Part shown: one piece after another, positions 8,160 to 16,616 of the stretch
Position numbering within the stretch: the first letter of the stretch is position 1
Layout of the letters: each line of letters begins with the position of its first letter
Origin: Candidatus Eremiobacteria bacterium
Lineage (GTDB): Bacteria > Vulcanimicrobiota > Vulcanimicrobiia > Vulcanimicrobiales > Vulcanimicrobiaceae
Assembly: GCA_963758295.1 (NCBI GenBank)
Contig: CAVWUU010000003.1
Location: 224,001-288,000, forward strand
DNA length: 64,000 nucleotides
Direction of reading: 5' to 3'
The notes under the pieces: model-generated
Databases searched by the model: none
Told to the model about the DNA's origin: nothing
The model's input: only the letters and a program-made list of their open reading frames with translations
Position numbers and translations under genes: made by a program

Positions 8160-9161
8160 TCAACTGAACGGAAGATTCGGATCGGCCGAGAGCGTTAAGG
8201 GATCGGCCAACACGCTGTTGTCTTGATACGAGGCGACCGCGGCAATCATCGCGGCATTGTCCGTGCAGTATTTCGGCGGCGGTATAAACGCCGGTACGCC
8301 GTTGCGGACGCTCCACCGGCGCAGGGCATCTTGCAGTGCGGAGTTAGCCGCGACGCCGCCCGAAAGAACGACGGCGCGGTAAGAGGCGGCCGCGAACGCG
8401 CGATCGATTCTTGCAATCAAAACGTCGATGACCGCGGCTTGGAATGATGCCGCGACGTCTTCGGGCTTCGCATCGCGGCCTGCATCCGATTCTAGGAAGT
8501 AGCGTACCGAAGTCTTCAATCCGGAGAAGCTGAGATCGAGCGTACCCGGATCGGGACGATGTCGAGGAAACGCGTAGGCCGTTGCATTCCCGTTTTGCGC
8601 CAAACGATCCAAGTGCGGGCCGCCCGGATAGGGCAGTCCCAGCAATCGCGCCGTTTTGTCGTACGCTTCACCCGCCGCATCGTCCCGCGTGCGTCCGATA
8701 ATGCGCATAGCTTGCGGCGAGTGCACTTCGACCAGTTGCGAATGACCGCCGGAAACGAGCAGTGCGAGAAACGGAAACGGCGGTGCCTCTTTGCGGTCCA
8801 AGAAGGCGGCGAAGATGTGTCCGTGAAGATGATTCACGGCGTAAAGCGGTTTCTCGAGTGCGAAAGCGAGCGCTTTAGCTGCAGCTACGCCCACAACCAG
8901 GCTTCCGATCAACCCCGGTCCGCGGGTAACGGCGATGCCGTCGAGGTCTTGGAATGGCGTTCGCGCGCGCTCTAACGCGTCTTCCACCGCAGCAGAAAGC
9001 AACGCGACGTGTTGCCGGCTGGCGATTTCGGGAACGATGCCGCCGTACTTGGCGTGAAACGTGTCTTGATTGGTCGATACGCTGGCAAGGACTTCACGTC
9101 CGTCGCGAACCACGGCCGTCGCCGTATCGTCGCACGACGTTTCTATTCCAAGCAGAAGCAT
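8160..9161 (-). CDS. tsaD: tRNA N6-adenosine threonylcarbamoyltransferase
   Basis: LGIETSCDDT, GGIVPEIASRQH, NHLHGH, VSGGHS, DDAAGEAYDK, FSGLKT, GGVAAN, CTDNAAMI. Confidence 0.97.
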   Translation of the reverse strand: MLLLGIETSCDDTATAVVRDGREVLASVSTNQDTFHAKYGGIVPEIASRQHVALLSAAVEDALERARTPFQDLDGIAVTRGPGLIGSLVVGVAAAKALAFALEKPLYAVNHLHGHIFAAFLDRKEAPPFPFLALLVSGGHSQLVEVHSPQAMRIIGRTRDDAAGEAYDKTARLLGLPYPGGPHLDRLAQNGNATAYAFPRHRPDPGTLDLSFSGLKTSVRYFLESDAGRDAKPEDVAASFQAAVIDVLIARIDRAFAAASYRAVVLSGGVAANSALQDALRRWSVRNGVPAFIPPPKYCTDNAAMIAAVASYQDNSVLADPLTLSADPNLPFS

Positions 9162-9198
9162 TGCCGTTCTTATGGCGTTGCGGGGTTGGGAACCCTGC

Positions 9199-9585
9199 TT
9201 AGGTGCGCGCGCTTTCCGCGCCGAGGCGCCATAAGCAAAGCAACAAGGCGACGAGCCCCGCAGCCGCGACAAACGGTGACCAGAGCAGGCCGGTAAGCAT
9301 GAAAACGCAGCTCAGTGCCACTAAGATCGGCCAGGCGCTTTCGATAGTGAAGATGCCGAGATCTTCGCCGGCTGCCGCGGGCGCAAGCATATCTTGGCGA
9401 TCGCCGTCCAAATTCGCGTTTCTTTCCGCGATCACGGCGTAGCCGGCCGTGAACGTGAGAGCTGCCGTCATGATGCCGAGGAGCATCGTTCCCGTCGCTT
9501 CTTCGTGCGCGACGAACCAGTAAGCCACCCCTATCACGACGCCGAAAATCGCCGAGCTGATAAAAAGCTGAACGAAGGTCTTCAT
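9199..9585 (-). CDS. ctaF: Cytochrome c oxidase subunit IV (actinobacterial CtaF-like)
   Basis: Hydrophobic ~128 aa; E.TGT..L and G.F...S.WP motifs; ATGA overlap with ctaD. Confidence 0.75.
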   Translation of the reverse strand: MKTFVQLFISSAIFGVVIGVAYWFVAHEEATGTMLLGIMTAALTFTAGYAVIAERNANLDGDRQDMLAPAAAGEDLGIFTIESAWPILVALSCVFMLTGLLWSPFVAAAGLVALLLCLWRLGAESART

Positions 9586-11153
9586 GCCTTCGCGCCGTGC
9601 TTCATGTCCCACACGGGCCGTTCGCTTCGAATCGGCGGAATGGATGTGAAGTTAAATTCCGGCGGCGGTGACGACGTAGCCCATTCGAGCGTGTAAGCAT
9701 CCCAAGGGTTGGCGGAAACCGCTTCGTTCTTCCATGCCGAGAGCCAAACGTTTATGAAGAACAGCGCGACGCCGAACGCCATGATCAACGCGCCTATGCT
9801 GGCCACGGCGTTCAGCGCCGGCAAGTGCTCGTAGGCGGGATACGTGTAAACACGGCGCGCCATGCCTTCCATGCCCATGAACGCCATGGGGAAGAACGTC
9901 GTATTGAAACCTATGAAGAGCAGCGCAAAGCACCACTTGCCGAGCCGCTCGTTCAACTGCACGCCGAAGATCTTTGGGAACCAGAAGAAGAGCGCCGCAA
10001 AGATCGCAAATAGACTTCCGCCGCCGATCGTGTAGTGGAAATGATGCACGATGAAGTAACTGTCATGCGCTTGATAATCGATCGGCGGTGAAGCAACCAT
10101 TACGCCGGTGATGCCGCCGACGAGAAAATTTAACATGAAGCCGATCGCAAACCACATTGCGGTGGTGAGCCGGATCGAGCCCTTCCACATGGTGCCGATC
10201 CAATTGAAGAACTTGATGCCGGTCGGAACGGCAATGAGAAACGACACGGCGGAGAAAAACGGATTGCTTACGGCACCGGTCGTGAACATGTGATGCGCCC
10301 AAACGCCGATCGAAAGCCCGGCGATCGCAAAGGCGGAAAGGACCAGTCCTAGATAACCGAACACGGGCTTTCCGGAGAACGTCGCGACGACTTCGGTGAT
10401 GACTCCGAAATACGGCAGGATCATGACGTAGACTTCCGGATGCCCGAAGAACCAGAACAGATGCTGGTAGAGGATCGGATTGCCGCCGAATGCCGGATCG
10501 AAGAAGTGTCCGCCGAGATGCCGGTCGATCAGGACCATCGCGAACACGCACGCGAGCGATGGAAAAGCCATCAAAATCAAGACGGCCGTCGCCACGATTT
10601 CCCAGGTGAAGATCGGCAAACGCCACATCGTCATGCCGGGTGCACGGAAGAGAAAGACCGTTACCATCAGGTTGATCGCCGTGAGAATTGTCGAGATGCT
10701 CGCAAGCAGCAGCCCGATAAACCACAAATCTTGACCGGCGCCGGTCCCTTCGGCGATTTCCGATAGCGGAGCGTAAGAGGTCCATCCGGTCGCAGCCGCG
10801 CCCCCATAGGCCGCGAGACCGCAGAAAACCGTAATGCCTCCGATAATGAAAAGCCACAGCGACGTCGCGTTCAAACGCGGGAACGCCATGTCCGGAGCGC
10901 CGATCTGCAGCGGCACGAGAAAGTTCGCCAAGCCAAGTCCGAACGGCGCGACCACAAAGAAGATCATGGCCGTGCCGTGCAGCGTGAAGATTTGATTGTA
11001 GAGATGCGGCGGAATCGCCGTGTTGTCAGGACGTGCGAGCTGCCAGCGAATCATCATCGATAGAATCCCGGCAATAACGAAAAACGTCATCGTCGAGACG
11101 ATGTATAAAATCCCGATCTTCTTGTGATCGGTCGCGGTGAGCCAAGCAATCAC
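9582..11153 (-). CDS. ctaD: Cytochrome c oxidase subunit I (A1 type)
   Basis: TDHKKIG, HGTAM, GAPDMAFPRLN, WFFGHPEVY, VWAHHMF, HFHY; GTG start overlapping the ctaC stop. Confidence 0.96.
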   Translation of the reverse strand: MIAWLTATDHKKIGILYIVSTMTFFVIAGILSMMIRWQLARPDNTAIPPHLYNQIFTLHGTAMIFFVVAPFGLGLANFLVPLQIGAPDMAFPRLNATSLWLFIIGGITVFCGLAAYGGAAATGWTSYAPLSEIAEGTGAGQDLWFIGLLLASISTILTAINLMVTVFLFRAPGMTMWRLPIFTWEIVATAVLILMAFPSLACVFAMVLIDRHLGGHFFDPAFGGNPILYQHLFWFFGHPEVYVMILPYFGVITEVVATFSGKPVFGYLGLVLSAFAIAGLSIGVWAHHMFTTGAVSNPFFSAVSFLIAVPTGIKFFNWIGTMWKGSIRLTTAMWFAIGFMLNFLVGGITGVMVASPPIDYQAHDSYFIVHHFHYTIGGGSLFAIFAALFFWFPKIFGVQLNERLGKWCFALLFIGFNTTFFPMAFMGMEGMARRVYTYPAYEHLPALNAVASIGALIMAFGVALFFINVWLSAWKNEAVSANPWDAYTLEWATSSPPPEFNFTSIPPIRSERPVWDMKHGAKA

Positions 11154-11806
11154 GGCGTCACGGCTCCGTTCGAAGCGATGTAACGGTCGAACGCTTTGCC
11201 GGGAACCACCTTGACCTCGAAAGACATTAGCGCATGATCCAATCCGCAGAATTGCGCGCAACGGGAAACAAACGTTCCCAGCCGGTTCGGAGTGAGATCG
11301 AAGCGATTGATCATCCCCGGAATGGCGTCGCGTTTGAAGAGGAAGTCGGGAATCCAGAACGAGTGATTGACGTCCGCCGTGCGAAGCGCGATTTCGGTGG
11401 TGCGGCCGAGGGGCAAATAAAGGGTCGGCGGGTGCAACGGCTGACCGGCGACGCGAATACTTGATCCGGGGTACTCGAACTCCCAGGACCAGCGAAAAGC
11501 GGTCACATCGACAATTGATTGCGGGTGGGCCGAAACCGCGTCGACCGATAGCTCATGCGTGTACGTATAGACAAACAGGCCGATAACGATGAGCAACGGG
11601 ATGATGACGGATATGATTTCAAGGGGTGGATTGCCGTTGAAATTTGCCGCTTCGCGTCCGGCTTTTTGCCGCCATAGCACAAGCGGAAGGAGGATCAAGA
11701 CGTATACAATCAGTGCGACGACCGCTGCGGCCGCGATAAAAACGTACCAATCATCGCGCATCGTCAGGCCCTGGGCGGACGCCGGATGAAGCAACAAGTG
11801 CATCAT
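11150..11806 (-). CDS. ctaC: Cytochrome c oxidase subunit II (CuA)
   Basis: Two TM helices; WSWEFEY; DVNHSFWIP; CAQFCGLDHALM. Confidence 0.93.
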   Translation of the reverse strand: MMHLLLHPASAQGLTMRDDWYVFIAAAAVVALIVYVLILLPLVLWRQKAGREAANFNGNPPLEIISVIIPLLIVIGLFVYTYTHELSVDAVSAHPQSIVDVTAFRWSWEFEYPGSSIRVAGQPLHPPTLYLPLGRTTEIALRTADVNHSFWIPDFLFKRDAIPGMINRFDLTPNRLGTFVSRCAQFCGLDHALMSFEVKVVPGKAFDRYIASNGAVTP

Positions 11807-11861
11807 CTGCTCCCTTACCCACAGGACGAGTAAAAAACGCGCGTCTCGGGTACCTACGAAC

Positions 11862-12455
11862 GTGTCCAGCAGCGTAAGGAATGACGTTCGTCACCGGTTA
11901 GCTCCGCTGCCGGTTCGGGCGCATCCGCTCGTCCTCGGAGTCGTCCTGTTTTTAGCGTCGGAACTGATGTTCTTTGCGGCGCTCTTCGCTTCGTATTTCA
12001 GTCTTCGTGCTAACAGAACGGCGTGGCCGCCGCCCGGCGTTCACCTCGATCCCATTGAAGCAAGCTTTGGAACCTTGTTGTTACTTTTATCGAGCGTTGT
12101 CATGGTGCTTACAACGCGCGCAATGGACCGGGGACGCGTGCAAGCCGCTCGTTGGTGGACCGCGACCGCAATACTTTGCGCAGTTGCTTTTGTGGCAGTT
12201 TCGCTGCACGGCTATTTCAAGAATTCCTTTACGATCGCGACGAATGCCTATGGTTCGATCTATTACGCGATGACCGGATTTCATTTATTGCACGTGACGG
12301 CGGGGATCGGGTTGTTGCTTGCGCTCCTCGTAGGCTTGCAAAGTCCGGCGTTGCGCGTGAACCATCGTGCCGGTGCCGAAGCAATGACGTACTACTGGCA
12401 TTTCGTCTTCATTGTATGGGTCGGCATCTGGGGAACGATTTACTTTATCCGATGA
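11862..12455 (+). CDS. ctaE: Cytochrome c oxidase subunit III
   Basis: LFLASELMFFAALF, YGSIYYAMTGFHLLHV, YYWHFVFIVW. Confidence 0.93.
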   Translation: MSSSVRNDVRHRLAPLPVRAHPLVLGVVLFLASELMFFAALFASYFSLRANRTAWPPPGVHLDPIEASFGTLLLLLSSVVMVLTTRAMDRGRVQAARWWTATAILCAVAFVAVSLHGYFKNSFTIATNAYGSIYYAMTGFHLLHVTAGIGLLLALLVGLQSPALRVNHRAGAEAMTYYWHFVFIVWVGIWGTIYFIR

Positions 12456-13261
12456 CTGCGAAAGACCGATGGATCGCCGCATCTTTGATCGCCGCTATCG
12501 CCGGGAGCGTGCTGTTTATCGTCGCTTACGCGACGGGCGGAGATCGTTTGTACGAAGGGCTCGCTCTTGCGTTCGCTTCGGCCGGTTTCGCGGCTGCGGC
12601 GGCCGGCTGGGCATTTTGGATTTTGCCGCCGGAAGAAGTGGTGGACCAACGAAGCAACTATCCGTCGCCGCCGGCCGATCGTTTCGCCCAAAGCGGCGAA
12701 ATTGCGACCGCCGAGCGGGAAATTACACGCCGCCGGGTCTTAACGCGCTTGCTCTACGCGGCGCTCGGCGCGTTCGGCTTAGCGTTGATCGTGCCGATCC
12801 GTTCGCTCGGCAACGGCCCGGGCAACACCCTGTTTCACACCAAGTGGCGCCGCGGTTTACGCCTTACACGGGAAGACGGCCGGTTTATCCACGTAAGCGA
12901 ACTCAACGTCGATTCCGTAGTAACCGTCTTTCCGCAAAACGCGGTTCAAGACTCGCAGTCGCAGACGCTTTTGATTCGCTTGCCCGAATCGATCGAAGGC
13001 ACCGCACAAGGCTATATTGCCTACTCAAAAATCTGCACGCACGCCGGCTGTCCCGTCGCGCTTTATCGCGCGAGCGCCAAAGAACTGATGTGTCCGTGCC
13101 ATCAGTCGATTTTCAACGTAACGGGAGACGGCGCGGTCGTTTCCGGACCGGCAGATCATGCCTTGCCGCGACTCCCGATCGAGGTCGACGGCGACGGCTA
13201 TATCGTCGCGAGCGGAGATTTTCCGGAACCGGTCGGACCCGGATTTTGGGAGCGCGGATAA
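12452..13261 (+). CDS. qcrA: Rieske 2Fe-2S subunit of cytochrome bcc
   Basis: Three N-terminal TM helices with an internal TRRR twin-arginine motif; CTHAGC and CPCHQS boxes; GPA..ALP; ATG at 12452. Confidence 0.92.
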   Translation: MTAKDRWIAASLIAAIAGSVLFIVAYATGGDRLYEGLALAFASAGFAAAAAGWAFWILPPEEVVDQRSNYPSPPADRFAQSGEIATAEREITRRRVLTRLLYAALGAFGLALIVPIRSLGNGPGNTLFHTKWRRGLRLTREDGRFIHVSELNVDSVVTVFPQNAVQDSQSQTLLIRLPESIEGTAQGYIAYSKICTHAGCPVALYRASAKELMCPCHQSIFNVTGDGAVVSGPADHALPRLPIEVDGDGYIVASGDFPEPVGPGFWERG

Positions 13262-14625
13262 TGGTCGAGCGATTCTTCTTGTGGATCGACGATCGCTTAG
13301 GAACCGCGCATTTTGTGCGAAAGGCCTTGCGCAAAGCCTTTCCCGACCATTGGTCGTTCATGCTCGGCGAGATCAACGTCTACTGCTTTCTCGTCCTCGT
13401 CGCCACCGGAACCTTTCTGGCGCTTTTTTTTAATGACTCCTCTTCCAACGTAACCTACAACGGCCCGTACTTGCTGCTCGACGGCGTGAAGATGTCGGAG
13501 GCATTTGCTTCGACGATGCGCTTGAGCTTCGAAGTTAACGCCGGTTTGCTGATCCGTCAGGTGCACCATTGGGCGGCCTTGGTGTTTGTGGCCGGAATCA
13601 TTACGCACATGGCGCGGATCTTTTTCACCGGCGCCTTTCGTAAGCCGCGCGAGATCAACTGGGTGATCGGCGTGGCCTTGTTTGTCCTTGCGATGGGTGC
13701 AGGCTTCACCGGCTATTCCTTGCCGGACGATCTGCTGAGCGGAACGGGGTTACGAATTGCCGATTCGGTGATGTTATCCATTCCGTTCGTCGGGACGTGG
13801 GCGTCTTTCTTGTTGCTCGGGGGAGCGTTTCCGACGGAGCAGATGATCTCGCGGCTCTTCGTCACGCATGTGTATCTGCTCCCCGCTGCGATAGCGACGT
13901 TGATCGGGTTGCACGTTTCAATTCTTTGGCGGCAGAAACACACGCAGTTTCCGGGGCCGGGAAAAACCGAAACAAACGTCGTTGGATCGCCCCTGTTTCC
14001 AAAGTATGCGGCGAAGTCGCTCGCGTTGATGGCGGCCACCGTTGCAGTACTTTTAGCGCTTGGGGCGCTCGTGCAAATCAATCCGATCTGGCTTTACGGT
14101 CCGTACGAGCCGTGGCAAGTGCTGAGTCCGGCACAGCCGGACTGGTACGTCGGCTGGCTCGACGGTGCGCTACGGTTAGGACCGCCCGTCGCAATGCATC
14201 TTTTCGGCCACACGATTCCGTCGCCGTTTTGGGTCGGGGCGTTGCTGCCGGGCATCCTCTTCGCATTGTTGCTGTGCTGGCCGTGGATCGAAGGGGCGTT
14301 CGGCCGCGACCGGCGCGATCATAATCTCCTGGATCGGCCGCGAGATAACCCCCTGCGCACCGCTATCGGCGTCGCGCTCTTTCTTTTTGCGCTCGGTCTC
14401 ACCTTAGCCGGAAGCGGCGACGTTCAGGCCCGGTACGTTCACGAGTCGATCACGACGATCACGCAGATTTACCGCTTGTTCTGCATCCTGGCGCCGATCG
14501 CGGGATTTATTTTGACGTACGCGTTTGCAAACGAACTGCGGGCGCGAAGCGGCGTGCAAAAGGCCCCGCGCGTGAGGCTGCGGCGAAACGCTGAAGGCGG
14601 CTTCGAAGAGGAACCACTCGCATGA
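13261..14625 (+). CDS. qcrB: Cytochrome b subunit of cytochrome bcc
   Basis: FPDHWSFMLGEI, RQVHHWAA, FTGAFRKPREINW, GYSLPDDLLSG, AQPDWY. Confidence 0.94.
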   Translation: MVERFFLWIDDRLGTAHFVRKALRKAFPDHWSFMLGEINVYCFLVLVATGTFLALFFNDSSSNVTYNGPYLLLDGVKMSEAFASTMRLSFEVNAGLLIRQVHHWAALVFVAGIITHMARIFFTGAFRKPREINWVIGVALFVLAMGAGFTGYSLPDDLLSGTGLRIADSVMLSIPFVGTWASFLLLGGAFPTEQMISRLFVTHVYLLPAAIATLIGLHVSILWRQKHTQFPGPGKTETNVVGSPLFPKYAAKSLALMAATVAVLLALGALVQINPIWLYGPYEPWQVLSPAQPDWYVGWLDGALRLGPPVAMHLFGHTIPSPFWVGALLPGILFALLLCWPWIEGAFGRDRRDHNLLDRPRDNPLRTAIGVALFLFALGLTLAGSGDVQARYVHESITTITQIYRLFCILAPIAGFILTYAFANELRARSGVQKAPRVRLRRNAEGGFEEEPLA

Positions 14626-15323
14626 GAACGCGGTATCGAAACGTCCTCTGCGCCGTGCTTGCTGCGGCTATCGCGGCGGCGGTCTTGACGCCGTCGTTCG
14701 ATGCGTTGTGCGACCGTTCTTTCGCGTGGCACATGACGCAGCACCTCGTCTTATTCTTCATCGTGCCGTTTCTCGTGCTGCTTGCCGATCCGTTCCACGC
14801 CGTGTTGGCTATTGCGGGAAAGCGGCGCACCGCCGCACTCGTCCGTTTCACGGAACCACTGCGTGCCTTGGCATCGCCGCCCGTAGCGCTCGTGCTGTTC
14901 GTCGGGGCGTTGTGGTCCGTGCATTTTTCGCCTTTGTACGAAGCCTCGCTCGAAAATGAATGGGTGCACGTTCTCGAGCATATAGCGTTCGTAATGGCCG
15001 GAACGATTTTTTGGCTTCCGGTTCTTGCGCCGCCGCCCGTACGGCCCGTTCCGTTTCCGGTCCGCTTGTTCTACTTGATGATCGCATTGCCGCAAGGAGC
15101 TTTGCTTGCGGTGGCAATCGACAGTGCGCGTGCGCCGTTGTACGAACATTACGCGCGGATCAGCGGCGCCGCGGCTGCGCTGAGCGACCAAAGCAATGCC
15201 GCCGCAGTGATGTGGATCGGCGGCGGAATGATGGTGTTCGCTGCGTTCATCGCGACCGCGGCGGCGTGGGGCGCACGAGAACGGCGGGCATTGAACGGAC
15301 GCCTCCCTGGAGAACCGGCATGA
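14622..15323 (+). CDS. ctaG: Cytochrome c oxidase assembly factor (caa3-type CtaG)
   Basis: WHMTQHL, HVLEH, DQ..AAAVMW motifs; multi-TM. Confidence 0.85.
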   Translation: MRTRYRNVLCAVLAAAIAAAVLTPSFDALCDRSFAWHMTQHLVLFFIVPFLVLLADPFHAVLAIAGKRRTAALVRFTEPLRALASPPVALVLFVGALWSVHFSPLYEASLENEWVHVLEHIAFVMAGTIFWLPVLAPPPVRPVPFPVRLFYLMIALPQGALLAVAIDSARAPLYEHYARISGAAAALSDQSNAAAVMWIGGGMMVFAAFIATAAAWGARERRALNGRLPGEPA

Positions 15324-15376
15324 AGTTGACGCCGATCTTCAAGAGCATCCCGGCTCAGCGCTGCATGCGTTCACGC

Positions 15377-15730
15377 CTATAGCGATTGGACGTAGGCCGC
15401 AACGTCACGCACTTCGTTGCGACTAAGAACTTTGGGATACAGGTGAGGCATCGGCGGTTGAGGATCTCGAATCCACGAAACGGTCGCGGCATAATCCATG
15501 CGCGTGTCTTCGTGGCGAAGCGACGGGGCAACAGTTCCGCCTTCGACGCCGGTCGCGCCGTGGCACGTTGCGCAATTGTTCTGATAAACGAGCTTACCGT
15601 TTTCCTTATCGCCGTTTATTACTGCGCCCGGTGTGGCTGCCGTCGTATTCGTTTTCTCGCTTACGGCCGGCGCACATGCCGTCAGTAACGCGGCGATTGC
15701 GGCTCCCGCGCATAGAGGCAAGATTCGCAT
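15377..15730 (-). CDS. Monoheme c-type cytochrome lipoprotein
   Basis: Lipobox LLTAC; CATCHG; distal PMP Met ligand. Confidence 0.85.
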   Translation of the reverse strand: MRILPLCAGAAIAALLTACAPAVSEKTNTTAATPGAVINGDKENGKLVYQNNCATCHGATGVEGGTVAPSLRHEDTRMDYAATVSWIRDPQPPMPHLYPKVLSRNEVRDVAAYVQSL

Positions 15731-15776
15731 GCCAATCCTCCCGACGCGTTTTACCCAGAACCGGGTAAAAGCTCAA

Positions 15777-16499
15777 GTGATGAAGCCGGCGGCGGGCATT
15801 CTCTTTGCATGGGCGATTGTCGCGGCGCCAATCTTCGTTGCGGCGCAACCGCAGAGCGGACGGGCGCTCTACGAGCAAAACTGCGCGTCCTGTCACGGCG
15901 AGAAAGGCAAGGGATCGAGCCTTGCGCCGTCGTTGATTGATGTGCGCGCATCGGATATCCATTTGATGCTTGATACCGGGCGGATGCCGGCCGCCGAGCC
16001 CTACGCTAACGAAATCCACACCTCGCCGCGCTTCTCGCAAGAGGAGATGGGCGTAATCGTCGATTACGTGCAATCGTTCTCGGCTTCTCCCGATCGGTCG
16101 CTGCCGGTTCTTGGTGCAGGAAACGTAACGCGGGGTCGAGCGCTTTTTGCGGAAAATTGTGCGCACTGTCATGGAGTCACGGGAAATGGCGCGTCCGTCG
16201 GGGCGGCCAACGTTGCGCCGTCGTTAATGCATGCGACGGTGTTTCAAGTTGCCGAAGCAATTCGCGGCGGTCCGGAAAATATGCCGCGATTCGGCCCCGA
16301 CGTTCTCACTAATCGCGACGTTTCCGACATTGCCCGCTACGTGAACTACATGCAGACGCAAGCCGAAGTGCCGAAAGGCGAAAATGCAGGCGGCTTCTCA
16401 CTTGCCCATGTAGGGCCCGTTGCCGAAGGCTTCATTGCTTGGTTCTTTGGCCTCGGCGCACTGGCACTGTTTGTGCGGCGGATCGGAACAACCACCTAA
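15777..16499 (+). CDS. qcrC: Diheme cytochrome c subunit of cytochrome bcc
   Basis: CASCHG and CAHCHG; TGRMP; GPENMPRF; C-terminal GPVAEG plus TM helix. Confidence 0.88.
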   Translation: MMKPAAGILFAWAIVAAPIFVAAQPQSGRALYEQNCASCHGEKGKGSSLAPSLIDVRASDIHLMLDTGRMPAAEPYANEIHTSPRFSQEEMGVIVDYVQSFSASPDRSLPVLGAGNVTRGRALFAENCAHCHGVTGNGASVGAANVAPSLMHATVFQVAEAIRGGPENMPRFGPDVLTNRDVSDIARYVNYMQTQAEVPKGENAGGFSLAHVGPVAEGFIAWFFGLGALALFVRRIGTTT

Positions 16500-16505
16500 C
16501 GCACG

Positions 16506-16529
16506 AGTGTTTGCCGAGAAACACTTTTC
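16506..16529 (+). terminator. Probable terminator after qcrC
   Basis: AGTGTTT-GCCGAG-AAACACT followed by TTT. Confidence 0.5.
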
Positions 16530-16616
16530 ATTATTAAGAACTGCAACGGGTATAGAGTAACTACCGGAAATTTCGCGATTTTCAGCGGAATCTTTTTTAT
16601 GCGGGAGCCATTCTAA

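Noticed and set aside
12152..13260. Long upstream extensions of the qcrA and qcrB ORFs (369 aa and 737 aa) suggesting fusions or overlapping genes
   Set aside because: The extensions are off-frame readings of neighbouring genes; coupled starts at 12452 and 13261 give normal proteins.
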